From NCBI GenBank assembly GCA_049794535.1, contig JBARCX010000199.1:2207-66206 (forward strand): a DNA stretch of 64,000 nt. Reading direction: 5' to 3'. Below are positions 1-8,397 of this stretch, piece by piece; positions within the stretch are counted from its first letter, which is position 1; each line of letters opens with the position of its first letter. The notes below the pieces were generated by a model. The model was not told the origin of the DNA, ran no database searches, and saw nothing but the letters and a program-made list of their open reading frames with translations. The position numbers and the translations under genes were made by a program. Source of the DNA: Rhodanobacter sp. Its GTDB lineage: Bacteria; Pseudomonadota; Gammaproteobacteria; Xanthomonadales; Rhodanobacteraceae.

Positions 1-83
1 AGCAGCGCCACCATGTCGGCGCGGATCCATTCCAGCACCAGCATGAGCATGGTGAAGCCCACCAGCCCAAGCACCAGGATCAT
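1..83 (-). CDS. partial CDS: N-terminus of an integral membrane protein (rest of gene lies beyond the window edge)
   Basis: Minus-strand ATG at 83..81 reads MILVLGLVGFTMLMLVLEWIRADMVAL, a hydrophobic TM-like segment that runs off the window. An in-frame GTG at 107 is an alternative start. Confidence 0.3.
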   Translation of the reverse strand, partial: MILVLGLVGFTMLMLVLEWIRADMVAL

Positions 84-257
84 TTCCGGGGTGAGCGAAA
101 GCGCCACTAGCGCGCGTCCCTGCAGCGCTGCAGATCAAGGTGAATACGGGTGGGCAGTGGATACTTCACGCTGCGGTGATCTGTCCCTGTGCGAGCCGCA
201 AGTATAAGCGTGCCAATGCAAGGGCTGGTGAACCGATTCCGCAACTTCTCTAACGCC

Positions 258-403
258 GAGGTTGGGTGGTGCGGGGGTAGGTTGGCGGTGAGCGTAGCGA
301 ACCCCAACGTTGAGGGGCCTCGATGTTGGGTATCGCGTTGCTCCACCCAACCTACGGAGCGGCGGTGCTTTGGTAGGTTGGCGGTGAGCTTGCGAACCCC
401 AAC
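258..403. repeat. cluster of REP-like palindromic units (GTAGGTTGG...CCCAAC family)
   Basis: Unit X gtaggttggcggtgagcNNNgcgaaccccaac occurs at 277..308 and 373..403. An inverted unit Y gttgggtatcgcgttgctccacccaacctac lies at 325..355. The same two unit types recur at 48655..48747. Confidence 0.8.
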
Positions 404-434
404 ATCATCGTGCCGAGATGTCAGGTTCTTCGCC

Positions 435-1154
435 TCAGGCCTTGCGGTACAGCAGATCCCACACCCCATGGCCAAGCTTGAGCCCGCGCCGTTCGAAATG
501 GGTCTCGATGCGCCATTCGGGTTTTTCGGCGTATTGGCCGGGACTCAGTGTGTTACGCCACGCGGGCGCAGCTTCCATCACTTCCAGCATGTGCTCGGCA
601 TAGGCCTGCCAGTCGGTAGCCAGGTGCAGCAGGCCATCGGGAGCCATGCGCGAGGCGAGCATGGCGACGAACTCCGGCTGGATGATGCGGCGCTTGTTGT
701 GGCGCTTCTTATGCCACGGGTCGGGGAACCAGATGCGCGCCTCGGCGAGTGTGCCCGGCGCGATCTCGCGCTCCAGCACTTCCACGGCATCGTGCTTGTA
801 GAGGCGAACGTTGCTGGCGTTGCGGGCCGCGAGCGCATTCATCAGTCGGCCCACACCAGGGCCGTGCACTTCCACGCCGATAAAGTCGCGTGCCTGGTCA
901 TGCTCGCTGGCCCAGGCCAGCGCCTCGCCATTGCCGAAGCCGATCTCCAGCACGCGCGAGGCATGGCGCTCGAAACGTGCTTCGAAGTCTTGTGCGGCGC
1001 CGGTGTAGTCGATGCCGTAACGTGCCCAGTGATCGTCGAACGCGCGCTGCTGCGCCGGCGTCATGCGGCCTTCGCGCAGCACGAAGCTGCGGATGCGGCG
1101 CATGTATTCGGGAACGTCGTTGTCGTGCGTGTCGCTCATGTGCAGATCAACCAT
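435..1154 (-). CDS. trmB: tRNA (guanine-N7)-methyltransferase
   Basis: 239-aa ORF with an [12 protein letters not shown] motif and the [14 protein letters not shown] signature typical of TrmB. It sits next to thiG, as in many gammaproteobacteria. Confidence 0.9.
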   Translation of the reverse strand: MVDLHMSDTHDNDVPEYMRRIRSFVLREGRMTPAQQRAFDDHWARYGIDYTGAAQDFEARFERHASRVLEIGFGNGEALAWASEHDQARDFIGVEVHGPGVGRLMNALAARNASNVRLYKHDAVEVLEREIAPGTLAEARIWFPDPWHKKRHNKRRIIQPEFVAMLASRMAPDGLLHLATDWQAYAEHMLEVMEAAPAWRNTLSPGQYAEKPEWRIETHFERRGLKLGHGVWDLLYRKA

Positions 1155-1164
1155 GCCTTCATGC

Positions 1165-1965
1165 TTACCGGATCAGGCCGTCGATCGGCGAAGACGCGGA
1201 GGCGTAGCGCTTGAACGGAATGCGACCCGCATGGAACGCAGCGCGACCAGCTTCGACCGCCAGCTTCATGGCATGTGCCATCAGCACCGGATTTTTCGCA
1301 CCGGCAATGGCGCTGTTCATCAGCACGCCGTCGCAACCCAGCTCCATTGCGATGGCGGCATCGGAGGCGGTACCCACGCCGGCATCGATGATGATCGGCA
1401 CCTTGGCGTTCTCGATGATCTCGAGCAGGTTGTAGCGGTTCTGGATGCCGAGGCCCGAGCCGATCGGTGCGGCTAGCGGCATCACTGCGACGCAGCCGAT
1501 TTCTTCCAGGCGCTTGGCCAGGATCGGGTCGTCCGAGGTGTAGACCATGACGTCGAAGCCGTCAGCGACGAGTTCCTCGGCGGCCTTGAGTGTGCCGATC
1601 ACATCCGGATACAGCGTGCGTTCGTCACCCAGTACTTCGAGTTTCACTAGCTTGTGGCCGTCGAGCAGTTCGCGCGCCAGTTTGCAGGTGCGCACGGCAT
1701 CGGCGGCGTTGAAGCAGCCAGCGGTGTTCGGCAGCAAGGTGAACTCATGCGGGGGCAGGGCATCGAGCAGGCTCGGTGCCCCGGCATCCTGGCCGATATT
1801 CACGCGACGAATCGCCACGGTGACGATTTCCGCGCCAGCAGCCTGCGAGGCGCGACGGGTTTCGTCGAAATCCTTGTATTTGCCACTACCGGTGAGCAGG
1901 CGCGAGCCATAGCTCTTGCCGGCAATGATGAGCGGATCGGCGGAATCGGATGTCTTGATATTCAT
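1165..1965 (-). CDS. thiG: thiazole synthase
   Basis: The ORF translation has ThiG hallmarks ([34 protein letters not shown]). Start set at the internal MNIKTS (cat at 1963..1965), which gives about 266 aa. Confidence 0.9.
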   Translation of the reverse strand: MNIKTSDSADPLIIAGKSYGSRLLTGSGKYKDFDETRRASQAAGAEIVTVAIRRVNIGQDAGAPSLLDALPPHEFTLLPNTAGCFNAADAVRTCKLARELLDGHKLVKLEVLGDERTLYPDVIGTLKAAEELVADGFDVMVYTSDDPILAKRLEEIGCVAVMPLAAPIGSGLGIQNRYNLLEIIENAKVPIIIDAGVGTASDAAIAMELGCDGVLMNSAIAGAKNPVLMAHAMKLAVEAGRAAFHAGRIPFKRYASASSPIDGLIR

Positions 1966-2020
1966 GGCGTGTGTTTGCGATGCGGGCAGCGCGATAGCGC
2001 CGCGAAAAGGGCACGGATGA

Positions 2021-2221
2021 TCAACCGCCACCAATGGCGTGAACGATTTCGATCTGGTCACCGTCGGCGAGCGTGCGGGTGGCGTGCTGGCTGCGTGGAA
2101 CGATTTCGAGATTCACCTCAACCGCGACACGTCGGCCGGCATAACCGGCTTGATCGAGCAGCTGGGCAACCGTGATAGGCGGGGTGCAGTCGTACGGACT
2201 GCCATTGAGCGTGATAGACAT
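2021..2221 (-). CDS. thiS: sulfur carrier protein ThiS
   Basis: 66 aa from MSITLNG, ending in the C-terminal GG (..VHAIGGG). Lies immediately upstream of thiG. Confidence 0.85.
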   Translation of the reverse strand: MSITLNGSPYDCTPPITVAQLLDQAGYAGRRVAVEVNLEIVPRSQHATRTLADGDQIEIVHAIGGG

Positions 2222-2287
2222 CCACGCATTGTAGCCGGATTGGCATGACACCCCTCTGCGCTGGTGGCGCAGAGGGGTGCTGTCACC

Positions 2288-4327
2288 TCAGTGTTTCTCG
2301 TCGTTCCCGCGACTGGGCTGACTTTGCGTATGCGCGGGCGGGTGGCTATCGCCACGGGGCGCGGAGGGTTGTTGTTCGGTCCGGTAGGGGGCAGAGCGTT
2401 CGGTGGGCTGGTCGTACGACTGCGGCGTGGACTCTCGGTAGGCCTGCGCCGGTACGTTGTCGTGCATGCGGCGGGCGGCTTCGTAACGCTGCTGGTTTTG
2501 TTCGGTCTGTTGTTCGGCTTGTTGCCGTTCGGCCTGCAGGGCCTGTTCTTGTCGCGCCTGCTCCTGCTGGACTTGAGTGGGGCTGGCGCGCTCGAAACGT
2601 GGCACTTGCGGCAGGCCCGAAGTGGGGAGTTCGGCACGCGCGCGATCTTCGTCGGGGCTACTGATGAAGCTCACGCCAGGGCGTTGCGTGTTCTCAGGCG
2701 GTGCATGGCTAGCCGATGCCGGTTCGATGCCGCGTGAACCACTCGCTATGCCACCGTTTGCTGGCTGGGCTTGGTTGTTGAACGCCGAGGCCGAAGCCGG
2801 TGCTGGTGCTGCGTGGGTTGTCAGCACTCTTACCCGATTGGTAATGCTTGGCGGCGCAAGGCCTGCCGTGGGTGAGGCATGGCTGACGGTCGGCATTTGG
2901 CGTGCGAGTACTGGGCGCTGGAAACCACCCGTTGATAACGAGCCCGCCTGCACGCGCGGTTGCGCCAGGCTAGCTGCCGTGGGTGGCAGGTTGATACCGC
3001 GTGCTAGCACCACTGCCGTCGTGATCTGGTGCAGATCGACCTGCACCAGGTTGCGTTGCACCGTGCCGGCATTGGCGAAACTTTGCCCGGAGATGGCGGT
3101 GAAACCATGCGGCGCATTGCGATTGGCGTAGTTGGTATTCGGCACGGCTTGGCCGCTGCGGAAGGCCGTGTAGTGGCTATTGATACTGGCGAAAATCGCG
3201 CTGCGGTTGCCAGTGATATTGGTCAGGTTGATGCGGCTGTAATAGTTGCGGCTGGCGCGATACCACGGGTTATAGATCTCGCCGGGGCCGAGCGGAAACC
3301 AGCCCACGGGGCCCTTGCCGATGCCGACAAAGGCGACCAGCGCTGGCGCATACACAGGGCGTTGCCGGCGCGGCCCGGGAATCCAGCCCCAGGCACCGTG
3401 GATGAAGGCCCAGCGGCCATAGTGATAAGGCGCAAAGCCCCAGGGCAGATCATCGACCCAGGTCCAGCCCCAGGGTGAAATCCAGACCCAATGGCCAAAG
3501 CGGTAAGGGGCCCAGCCGACGGCAACGCCTACCGGGAACCACACGGCGCCGTAGTCGGGCTCGGTCTGCCAATCACCGTAGCTGTCCAGATCCTGGTAGC
3601 CGACTACGTCATCAGAAACGTATTGCGAGGCGGCGGATTGCGCATCGCCCTGATCGCGCTCACTGCACCATGCATCGAAGGCATCGCCGCTACCGATGTC
3701 AGTGATCATCAGATTGTCGAGCGTCGAATCGCCGAAGTCATAACTGCGGCCTGCCGTTACGTCACGATGGGCGTTGTTTTCGCCGTACACGGTGGCGTTG
3801 CCGTTGAACACCGTGACCTGAGTCGATTGGCCATCACCGCTGATGTCGACGCGAAATGTACCTGGCTGATCGACCACCAGAGCCAGGGTTGGCGTGTCGA
3901 TCTCGTAGCTCTGGCCCGGATCAAGCTGACGCACCGTCAAGTTGAGCGTGCCCTGGCTCAGTTCGATCTGCGCCAGTTGATCGCTCAGCGTAAGAAAGCC
4001 GAAGTCGGTGCCGCCGGCGAGGCGCAGTTCACTGCCACCTAGTTCAAGCTCGGCGCGACCATCAGCACCGGTGGACAGCCGGTCGCCCGTCGTTAGCGGT
4101 CGGTTGATGCTGGCCTCGCTCCACTCGGTCGCCCCGGCGGGCATGAGGCCCAGGTCGCCGTCCACATATGACAGCCGCGCCACGCGGCCGGGTGGATCAC
4201 CTGCGTCGTTGCCGGTAGGGGCGCTCTGGGCGTTCACCCAGCCTGATGTGGCACACAGGAACATCGCGACGACTACGCCTAACCAGCGATAACGCATGGA
4301 AGGCAGCAAACAGGCTAGCGCGCGCAT
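2288..4327 (-). CDS. secreted FecR-domain / DUF6600-like protein with a Q/E/P-rich C-terminal tail
   Basis: Signal peptide MRALACLL..GWVNAQS. FecR-like block GRVARLSYVDGDL..GDRLSTGADGRAELELGG. W/G/P-rich block WAPYRFGHWVWISPWGWTWVDDLPWGFAPYHYGRW. Low-complexity tail QQEQARQEQALQAERQQAEQQ. Confidence 0.6.
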   Translation of the reverse strand: MRALACLLPSMRYRWLGVVVAMFLCATSGWVNAQSAPTGNDAGDPPGRVARLSYVDGDLGLMPAGATEWSEASINRPLTTGDRLSTGADGRAELELGGSELRLAGGTDFGFLTLSDQLAQIELSQGTLNLTVRQLDPGQSYEIDTPTLALVVDQPGTFRVDISGDGQSTQVTVFNGNATVYGENNAHRDVTAGRSYDFGDSTLDNLMITDIGSGDAFDAWCSERDQGDAQSAASQYVSDDVVGYQDLDSYGDWQTEPDYGAVWFPVGVAVGWAPYRFGHWVWISPWGWTWVDDLPWGFAPYHYGRWAFIHGAWGWIPGPRRQRPVYAPALVAFVGIGKGPVGWFPLGPGEIYNPWYRASRNYYSRINLTNITGNRSAIFASINSHYTAFRSGQAVPNTNYANRNAPHGFTAISGQSFANAGTVQRNLVQVDLHQITTAVVLARGINLPPTAASLAQPRVQAGSLSTGGFQRPVLARQMPTVSHASPTAGLAPPSITNRVRVLTTHAAPAPASASAFNNQAQPANGGIASGSRGIEPASASHAPPENTQRPGVSFISSPDEDRARAELPTSGLPQVPRFERASPTQVQQEQARQEQALQAERQQAEQQTEQNQQRYEAARRMHDNVPAQAYRESTPQSYDQPTERSAPYRTEQQPSAPRGDSHPPAHTQSQPSRGNDEKH

Positions 4328-4534
4328 GATGTTCTCCATGAGAGGGTGCCGCACACTCTTCGGTCCGGAAACGGTTTACCCCGATGCCGGATGACGATGG
4401 AAGCATTATCACTGTGGCGTCATTCAGCCACTATGTGTCCGAGACGAGAGTGTGGTGTCGATTCAGCTGGCTTGCGCCGTACCAAGCTAAGGATTCCAAA
4501 AGCCGCCGATCCCGGGTTACCATCCGCCGGCACT

Positions 4535-4608
4535 GCGGGTGTAGCTCAATGGTAGAGCTGTAGCTTCCCAAGCTACTGACGAGGGTTCGATTCCCTTCAC
4601 CCGCTCCA
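4535..4608 (+). tRNA. tRNA-Gly (anticodon CCC)
   Basis: Cloverleaf readable by eye: acceptor GCGGGTG/CACCCGC, D arm GCTC-AATGGTA-GAGC, anticodon arm GTAGC-TTCCCAA-GCTAC, T arm GAGGG-TTCGATT-CCCTT, and an encoded CCA. Confidence 0.93.
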
Positions 4609-4695
4609 GCTCAAGCGACCCACGGCGAAGCGGTTGGCTTGAATCGCTTTGGTGTTACCTAAGTGGCTATGGCAGCCATGGGTAGGAGGCGGGCG

Positions 4696-5160
4696 ATGGC
4701 AACCACGGATATCGATCTTTATCGTTCGGTCATGGGTGGCGACTTTAAGAGCATCAAGGCCCGTGTTTATCCCGGTGATGGCGTGCTCTACCCTCGTTGG
4801 GAGTCGACCCAACATTTCAGCAAGAAGCTCGGCAGGATGGTGACCAGCCAAGCCGATGTCACCGTTGTGGTCGGCGATGGTGGCCCGGAAGTGCTACCCG
4901 AGGGCGGCACCTCGCTGCACGACGTTTCCGGCTGGTTCCCCTCGAAGGAATTTTTTATCCCGCAGGGAACCGAATACTCGGATGAAATAAGTATTCGCAA
5001 GGATTCCAAGCAGAAGACCAGCCCATACAACCCCCTACTCAAGGGCTATCACTACCAGCTTGAACCGCGCACACGGATGACCGTTTTGGCATTCAAGGGC
5101 GCGCTGGACAACATGGCGCGGGCCGCGGTTGCGAGGCAGTGTGAGCTGGCCAAGGGCTGA
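4696..5160 (+). CDS. Tse2-like (ADP-ribosyltransferase-fold) toxin candidate
   Basis: 154 aa from MATTDIDLYRSV, with an AGGAGG RBS at 4684..4689. Blocks LYRSV, GGTSLHD, FFIPQGTE, GYHYQL and C-terminal LDNMARAAVARQCELAKG match my recollection of P. aeruginosa Tse2 (158 aa). Local GC is lower. Not verified by search. Confidence 0.55.
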   Translation: MATTDIDLYRSVMGGDFKSIKARVYPGDGVLYPRWESTQHFSKKLGRMVTSQADVTVVVGDGGPEVLPEGGTSLHDVSGWFPSKEFFIPQGTEYSDEISIRKDSKQKTSPYNPLLKGYHYQLEPRTRMTVLAFKGALDNMARAAVARQCELAKG

Positions 5161-5194
5161 GTCGGCGGTACTCCATCCTCGGCGGAAGAGCCTT

Positions 5195-5477
5195 AGAGCC
5201 TGTTTGATATCTCTGAGTAGCCCGCGTTGCTCTTGAGTGGCCTTCAGGCGGTAGTGCGTGGCGCAGCGTCTGACTGGCCGTCAGATCAAGCGGGGCGCTG
5301 CCGCCTGAAGGCCACTCAGGAGCAACCCCATCCTTAATAAATGCAGGGGCCGGATCTGTTTGCACCCAGTCCTGCGTCATCATTCGGTCGTGTACCGACG
5401 TACACTCCCTCATTCTTCCTTGGCCTGCGTGCAAACAGCTTCCGGCGCGGGCCACTCAGAGATATCAAACAGGCTCT
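5195..5477. repeat. nested inverted-repeat element (MITE-like or structured RNA) between the toxin and immunity ORFs
   Basis: Outer arms 5195..5226 and 5446..5477 are reverse complements (32 bp, 1 mismatch; the outer 24 bp are perfect). Inner arms 5227..5251 and 5301..5325 are reverse complements (25 bp, 1 mismatch). Confidence 0.75.
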
Positions 5478-5480
5478 GAT

Positions 5481-5702
5481 ATGCCAGAAATCAGTAACCA
5501 GACACTCGTCATCGCGATCCAGGCGGTTGCATCGGAAATCCGTGCGCTGCGCGAGGCCGTGGCCAGTGGTGAGGCCGAAGTCGAAGAGTATCAATTACTC
5601 GACGATCGTCTTCGAGCGGCGGAGGATCTTGAGCGCGCCTATGAGATTGCCGCGCGGACGGTGATCAATCTGCCGCCCTACGACGAACTGATTGCGGGTT
5701 GA
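5481..5702 (+). CDS. Tsi2-like acidic helical immunity protein candidate
   Basis: 73 aa, net charge about -9, predicted all-helical. QTLVIAIQAVASEIRAL and LPPYDELI resemble my recollection of Tsi2 (77 aa). Positioned downstream of the toxin candidate. Confidence 0.5.
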   Translation: MPEISNQTLVIAIQAVASEIRALREAVASGEAEVEEYQLLDDRLRAAEDLERAYEIAARTVINLPPYDELIAG

Positions 5703-6052
5703 GTTCGCCGCCATCTTGCAGATTCGGGAGGCGCCCGCCTGAACTTGGATGCTCGCGTGAGGGGTGGATCATGCGCACCGTGCGTTCGGTTTCAGTCGTT
5801 GGGGAAGTTTTCCATGAATAAATAACGCGTCGCTAAAGCAGCCGGGGCGGGGAGTTTGGCTGCTTGTTGAGTTCAACTGCCCACGCCACTACGCTAGCGA
5901 TGTTCCAGTTATCGATGAAGATATCGTTTCATCCTCTCCCGTTGCCGCGAATGCTAAATGCATCAGTGGTTTGTGGTGGCGGTTTGGACGGTTCACTTCA
6001 GCCGACCCAGTCCCTCGATCCCCGTTCGAGCTCCCTCTACTCCGATTAGCGT

Positions 6053-6514
6053 GTGCTGATGACTGCAGACGTGATTACCCTCGGTTGGCGGGAGCGGGCA
6101 GCGTTGCCGCAGCTCGGCATCAACCAGCTCAAGGTCAAGCTCGATACCGGCGCACGTTCCAGTGCGCTGCACGTCGACACGCTTGAAACTTTTGTGCGTG
6201 ACAATGCTACCTGGCTGCGTTTCAGCATCGGCCTCAGCCGTCGCGTGCAGCACAGCGTGCAATGTGAGGCCCCCGCGCTGGATCAGCGCGTGGTGGTGGA
6301 TACGGGTGGCCGGCGTAGCGAGCGTTGGTTCATCCGCAGCGAGGTGTTGCTGGCCGGGCAATGTTTTGTCGCCGAGATCAGTCTGACCGATCGCCGGCAT
6401 ATGCTGTTTCCCATGTTGCTGGGCCGTACCGCGCTGATCGGGCGTATTCGGGTCGACCCGGCACTTTCTTATACCCAGCCACGACTCGTGGCTGCGACTC
6501 CGGACGTTCCATGA
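6053..6514 (+). CDS. retropepsin-like aspartic protease associated with RimK (RimB / ATP-dependent zinc protease family)
   Basis: About 150 aa with the motif [12 protein letters not shown]. Its stop overlaps the rimK start (ATGA at 6511..6514), the conserved pairing seen with rimK. Confidence 0.7.
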   Translation: MLMTADVITLGWRERAALPQLGINQLKVKLDTGARSSALHVDTLETFVRDNATWLRFSIGLSRRVQHSVQCEAPALDQRVVVDTGGRRSERWFIRSEVLLAGQCFVAEISLTDRRHMLFPMLLGRTALIGRIRVDPALSYTQPRLVAATPDVP

Positions 6515-7413
6515 AAATAGCCATCCTGTCGCGCAACACGCGGTTGTATTCGACCCAGCGGCTGGTCGAAGTGGCGCGTGAGCGCGGCCATGTGGTGCGT
6601 GTGCTCGATCCGCTGCGCTGCTATGTGCGCATTGCACCGGGCGAAGTGGAAATCCGTTACAAGGGCAAGGCATTGCGCGATATCGACGCGGTGATCCCGC
6701 GTATCGGTACGCAAAGTACGTTCTACGGTACGGCGGTATTGCGCCAGTTGGAGATGATGGGCGTGTACACGCCTAATCCCTCCGACGCGGTACTGCGTGC
6801 GCGCGACAAGCTGCGTTGCTTGCAGATCCTCTCCGCGCAGGGGCTGGACATGCCGGTGACCGTATTCGGTGACAACCCGGACGACACCGCCGATGTGCTG
6901 ACTATGCTCGGCGACCCGCCACACGTGATCAAGCTCAACGAAGGCAGCCAGGGCACCGGCGTGGTTCTCGCCGAGAAGCGCAGCGCTTCGCAGAGCGTGG
7001 TCGAGGCATTCCGTGGCCTGTACGCGAATTTCCTGGTGCAGGAGTTCATCGCCGAATCCAAGGGCTGCGACCTGCGCTGCTTCGTGGTGGGCGGCAAGGT
7101 GGTTGCGGCCATGCAGCGCGAGGCTAGTCCTGGGGAGTTTCGCGCCAACCTACATCGCGGTGGCACGGCTTCGGCAGCCGTGCTGAGCGCGGCGGAGAAG
7201 CGCATCGCGGTGCGCGCTGCCGGCGCGTTGGGGCTTGGTATTGCCGGTGTGGATCTACTGCGTTCCAACCGCGGTCCGCTCGTGCTCGAGGTGAATGCTT
7301 CGCCCGGGCTGGAGGGTATTGAGGCCGCCACGGGCGTCAATGTTTCCGGCTGCATCATTCAGCATTTGGAGCGGCAGGTTACTAAAGTGAACGCTGCCAA
7401 TCCGCGGGTGTAG
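6511..7413 (+). CDS. rimK: ribosomal protein S6--L-glutamate ligase (ATP-grasp)
   Basis: MKIAILSRN.. start, with an ATP-grasp body ([55 protein letters not shown]). Confidence 0.9.
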   Translation: MKIAILSRNTRLYSTQRLVEVARERGHVVRVLDPLRCYVRIAPGEVEIRYKGKALRDIDAVIPRIGTQSTFYGTAVLRQLEMMGVYTPNPSDAVLRARDKLRCLQILSAQGLDMPVTVFGDNPDDTADVLTMLGDPPHVIKLNEGSQGTGVVLAEKRSASQSVVEAFRGLYANFLVQEFIAESKGCDLRCFVVGGKVVAAMQREASPGEFRANLHRGGTASAAVLSAAEKRIAVRAAGALGLGIAGVDLLRSNRGPLVLEVNASPGLEGIEAATGVNVSGCIIQHLERQVTKVNAANPRV

Positions 7414-7548
7414 TGATTAACCCTAGCGTGGGTACGGGTTAACTACGGCGTAACCACGGCGGCCCTATAAAGGTCCCACTGTTTTTTGCTCGGCACTTCA
7501 ACCGCAAGGTCCGGTGACAGCAGACGACGGTATCGGGGCAGTAGCTTC

Positions 7549-7589
7549 AGCCCGGGCTGGCGACGGCGAGTCGACTGTCCGGGCTTTTT
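7549..7589 (+). terminator. candidate intrinsic terminator after rimK
   Basis: agcccgg ... ccgggct stem followed by TTTTT. Confidence 0.45.
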
Positions 7590-7710
7590 CTTGGGCGGCT
7601 CAAAAAAGGCCTCTCATACACGTTCAGAATTCCACTTAACATTTGCCATGCTCAGTCGTTAAGCTTGAGCTTCCGCCGGCCATGCGCCGGCATGCGTAGC
7701 GGAGAAACGC

Positions 7711-8397
7711 ATGCGCGTTCTGGTGATTGAAGACAACAGCGATATCGCGACCAACATCGGCGACTATCTGGAAGATCGTGGCCACGTGGTGGATTTCGCC
7801 GGCGATGGGGTCACTGGCCTGCATTTGGCAGTGGTGCACGATTTTGATGTGATCGTGCTCGACTTGACCTTGCCTGGCATGGATGGTTTGGACGTAGCGC
7901 GCAAGCTGCGGCATGAGGCGCACAAGCAAACGCCGGTGCTGATGCTTACCGCGCGCGACGCCTTGGAGCAGAAGCTGACCGGCTTCGAATCCGGTGCCGA
8001 CGACTACATGACCAAGCCGTTTGCCTTGCAGGAGTTGGCAGCGCGTTTGGAAGTGCTGGCACGTCGCGGCAAGGGCCCGCAAAGCCGAGTGCTGAAAGTG
8101 GCCGACCTCACCTACAACCTCGACACGCTCACGGTGAACCGTGAGGGCAAGTCGATCCAGCTCAACCCGATCGGGCTCAAGCTGCTGCAGGCCTTGATGG
8201 AGGCCAGCCCGTCGGTGGTCACGCGACAGGATCTGGAGCAGAAGGTGTGGGGTGAGGAGTTGCCTGACAGCGATTCGCTGCGCGTGCACATTCACGGTCT
8301 GCGTGCAGCTATCGACAAGCCGTTCGAAAAGCCGCTGATCCACACGCGGCACGGCATTGGTTACCGCATGGTCGATCCGGATGCAATCCAGGCGTAA
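7711..8397 (+). CDS. OmpR/PhoB-family response regulator
   Basis: Receiver domain (VLVIEDN, DVIVLDLTLPGMDG, TARD, KPF) plus a winged-helix C-terminal domain (RVHIHGLRAAID..IHTRHGIGYRM). Confidence 0.9.
   Translation: MRVLVIEDNSDIATNIGDYLEDRGHVVDFAGDGVTGLHLAVVHDFDVIVLDLTLPGMDGLDVARKLRHEAHKQTPVLMLTARDALEQKLTGFESGADDYMTKPFALQELAARLEVLARRGKGPQSRVLKVADLTYNLDTLTVNREGKSIQLNPIGLKLLQALMEASPSVVTRQDLEQKVWGEELPDSDSLRVHIHGLRAAIDKPFEKPLIHTRHGIGYRMVDPDAIQA

Noticed and set aside
13-475. ORFs 13..207 (+), 107..475 (-), 135..350 (-) and the 5' part of 189..1214 (+).
   Set aside because: They traverse REP-like repeats or lie antisense to trmB or to the partial membrane-protein gene. The repeat-derived peptide motifs (VGVRKLTANLP and similar) are artefacts of translating palindromic units.
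5093-5664. ORFs 5093..5455 (-), 5334..5594 (-) and 5341..5664 (+) spanning the inverted-repeat element.
   Set aside because: They run through long inverted repeats and overlap the better-supported toxin and immunity ORFs. They have no RBS or recognisable domains.
4609-6052. Integrase-mediated genomic island at tRNA-Gly.
   Set aside because: I looked for a direct repeat of the tRNA 3' end (ttcgattcccttcacccgctcca) downstream and for an integrase gene, and found neither. I therefore describe only a small lower-GC islet, not a bona fide integrative element.
7414-7545. Possible small RNA after rimK (hairpin ttaaccc..gggttaa followed by a T-run at about 7480).
   Set aside because: The stem is only 7 bp. 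There is no promoter, and nothing in this window supports conservation. It is not distinguishable from ordinary 3' UTR structure.
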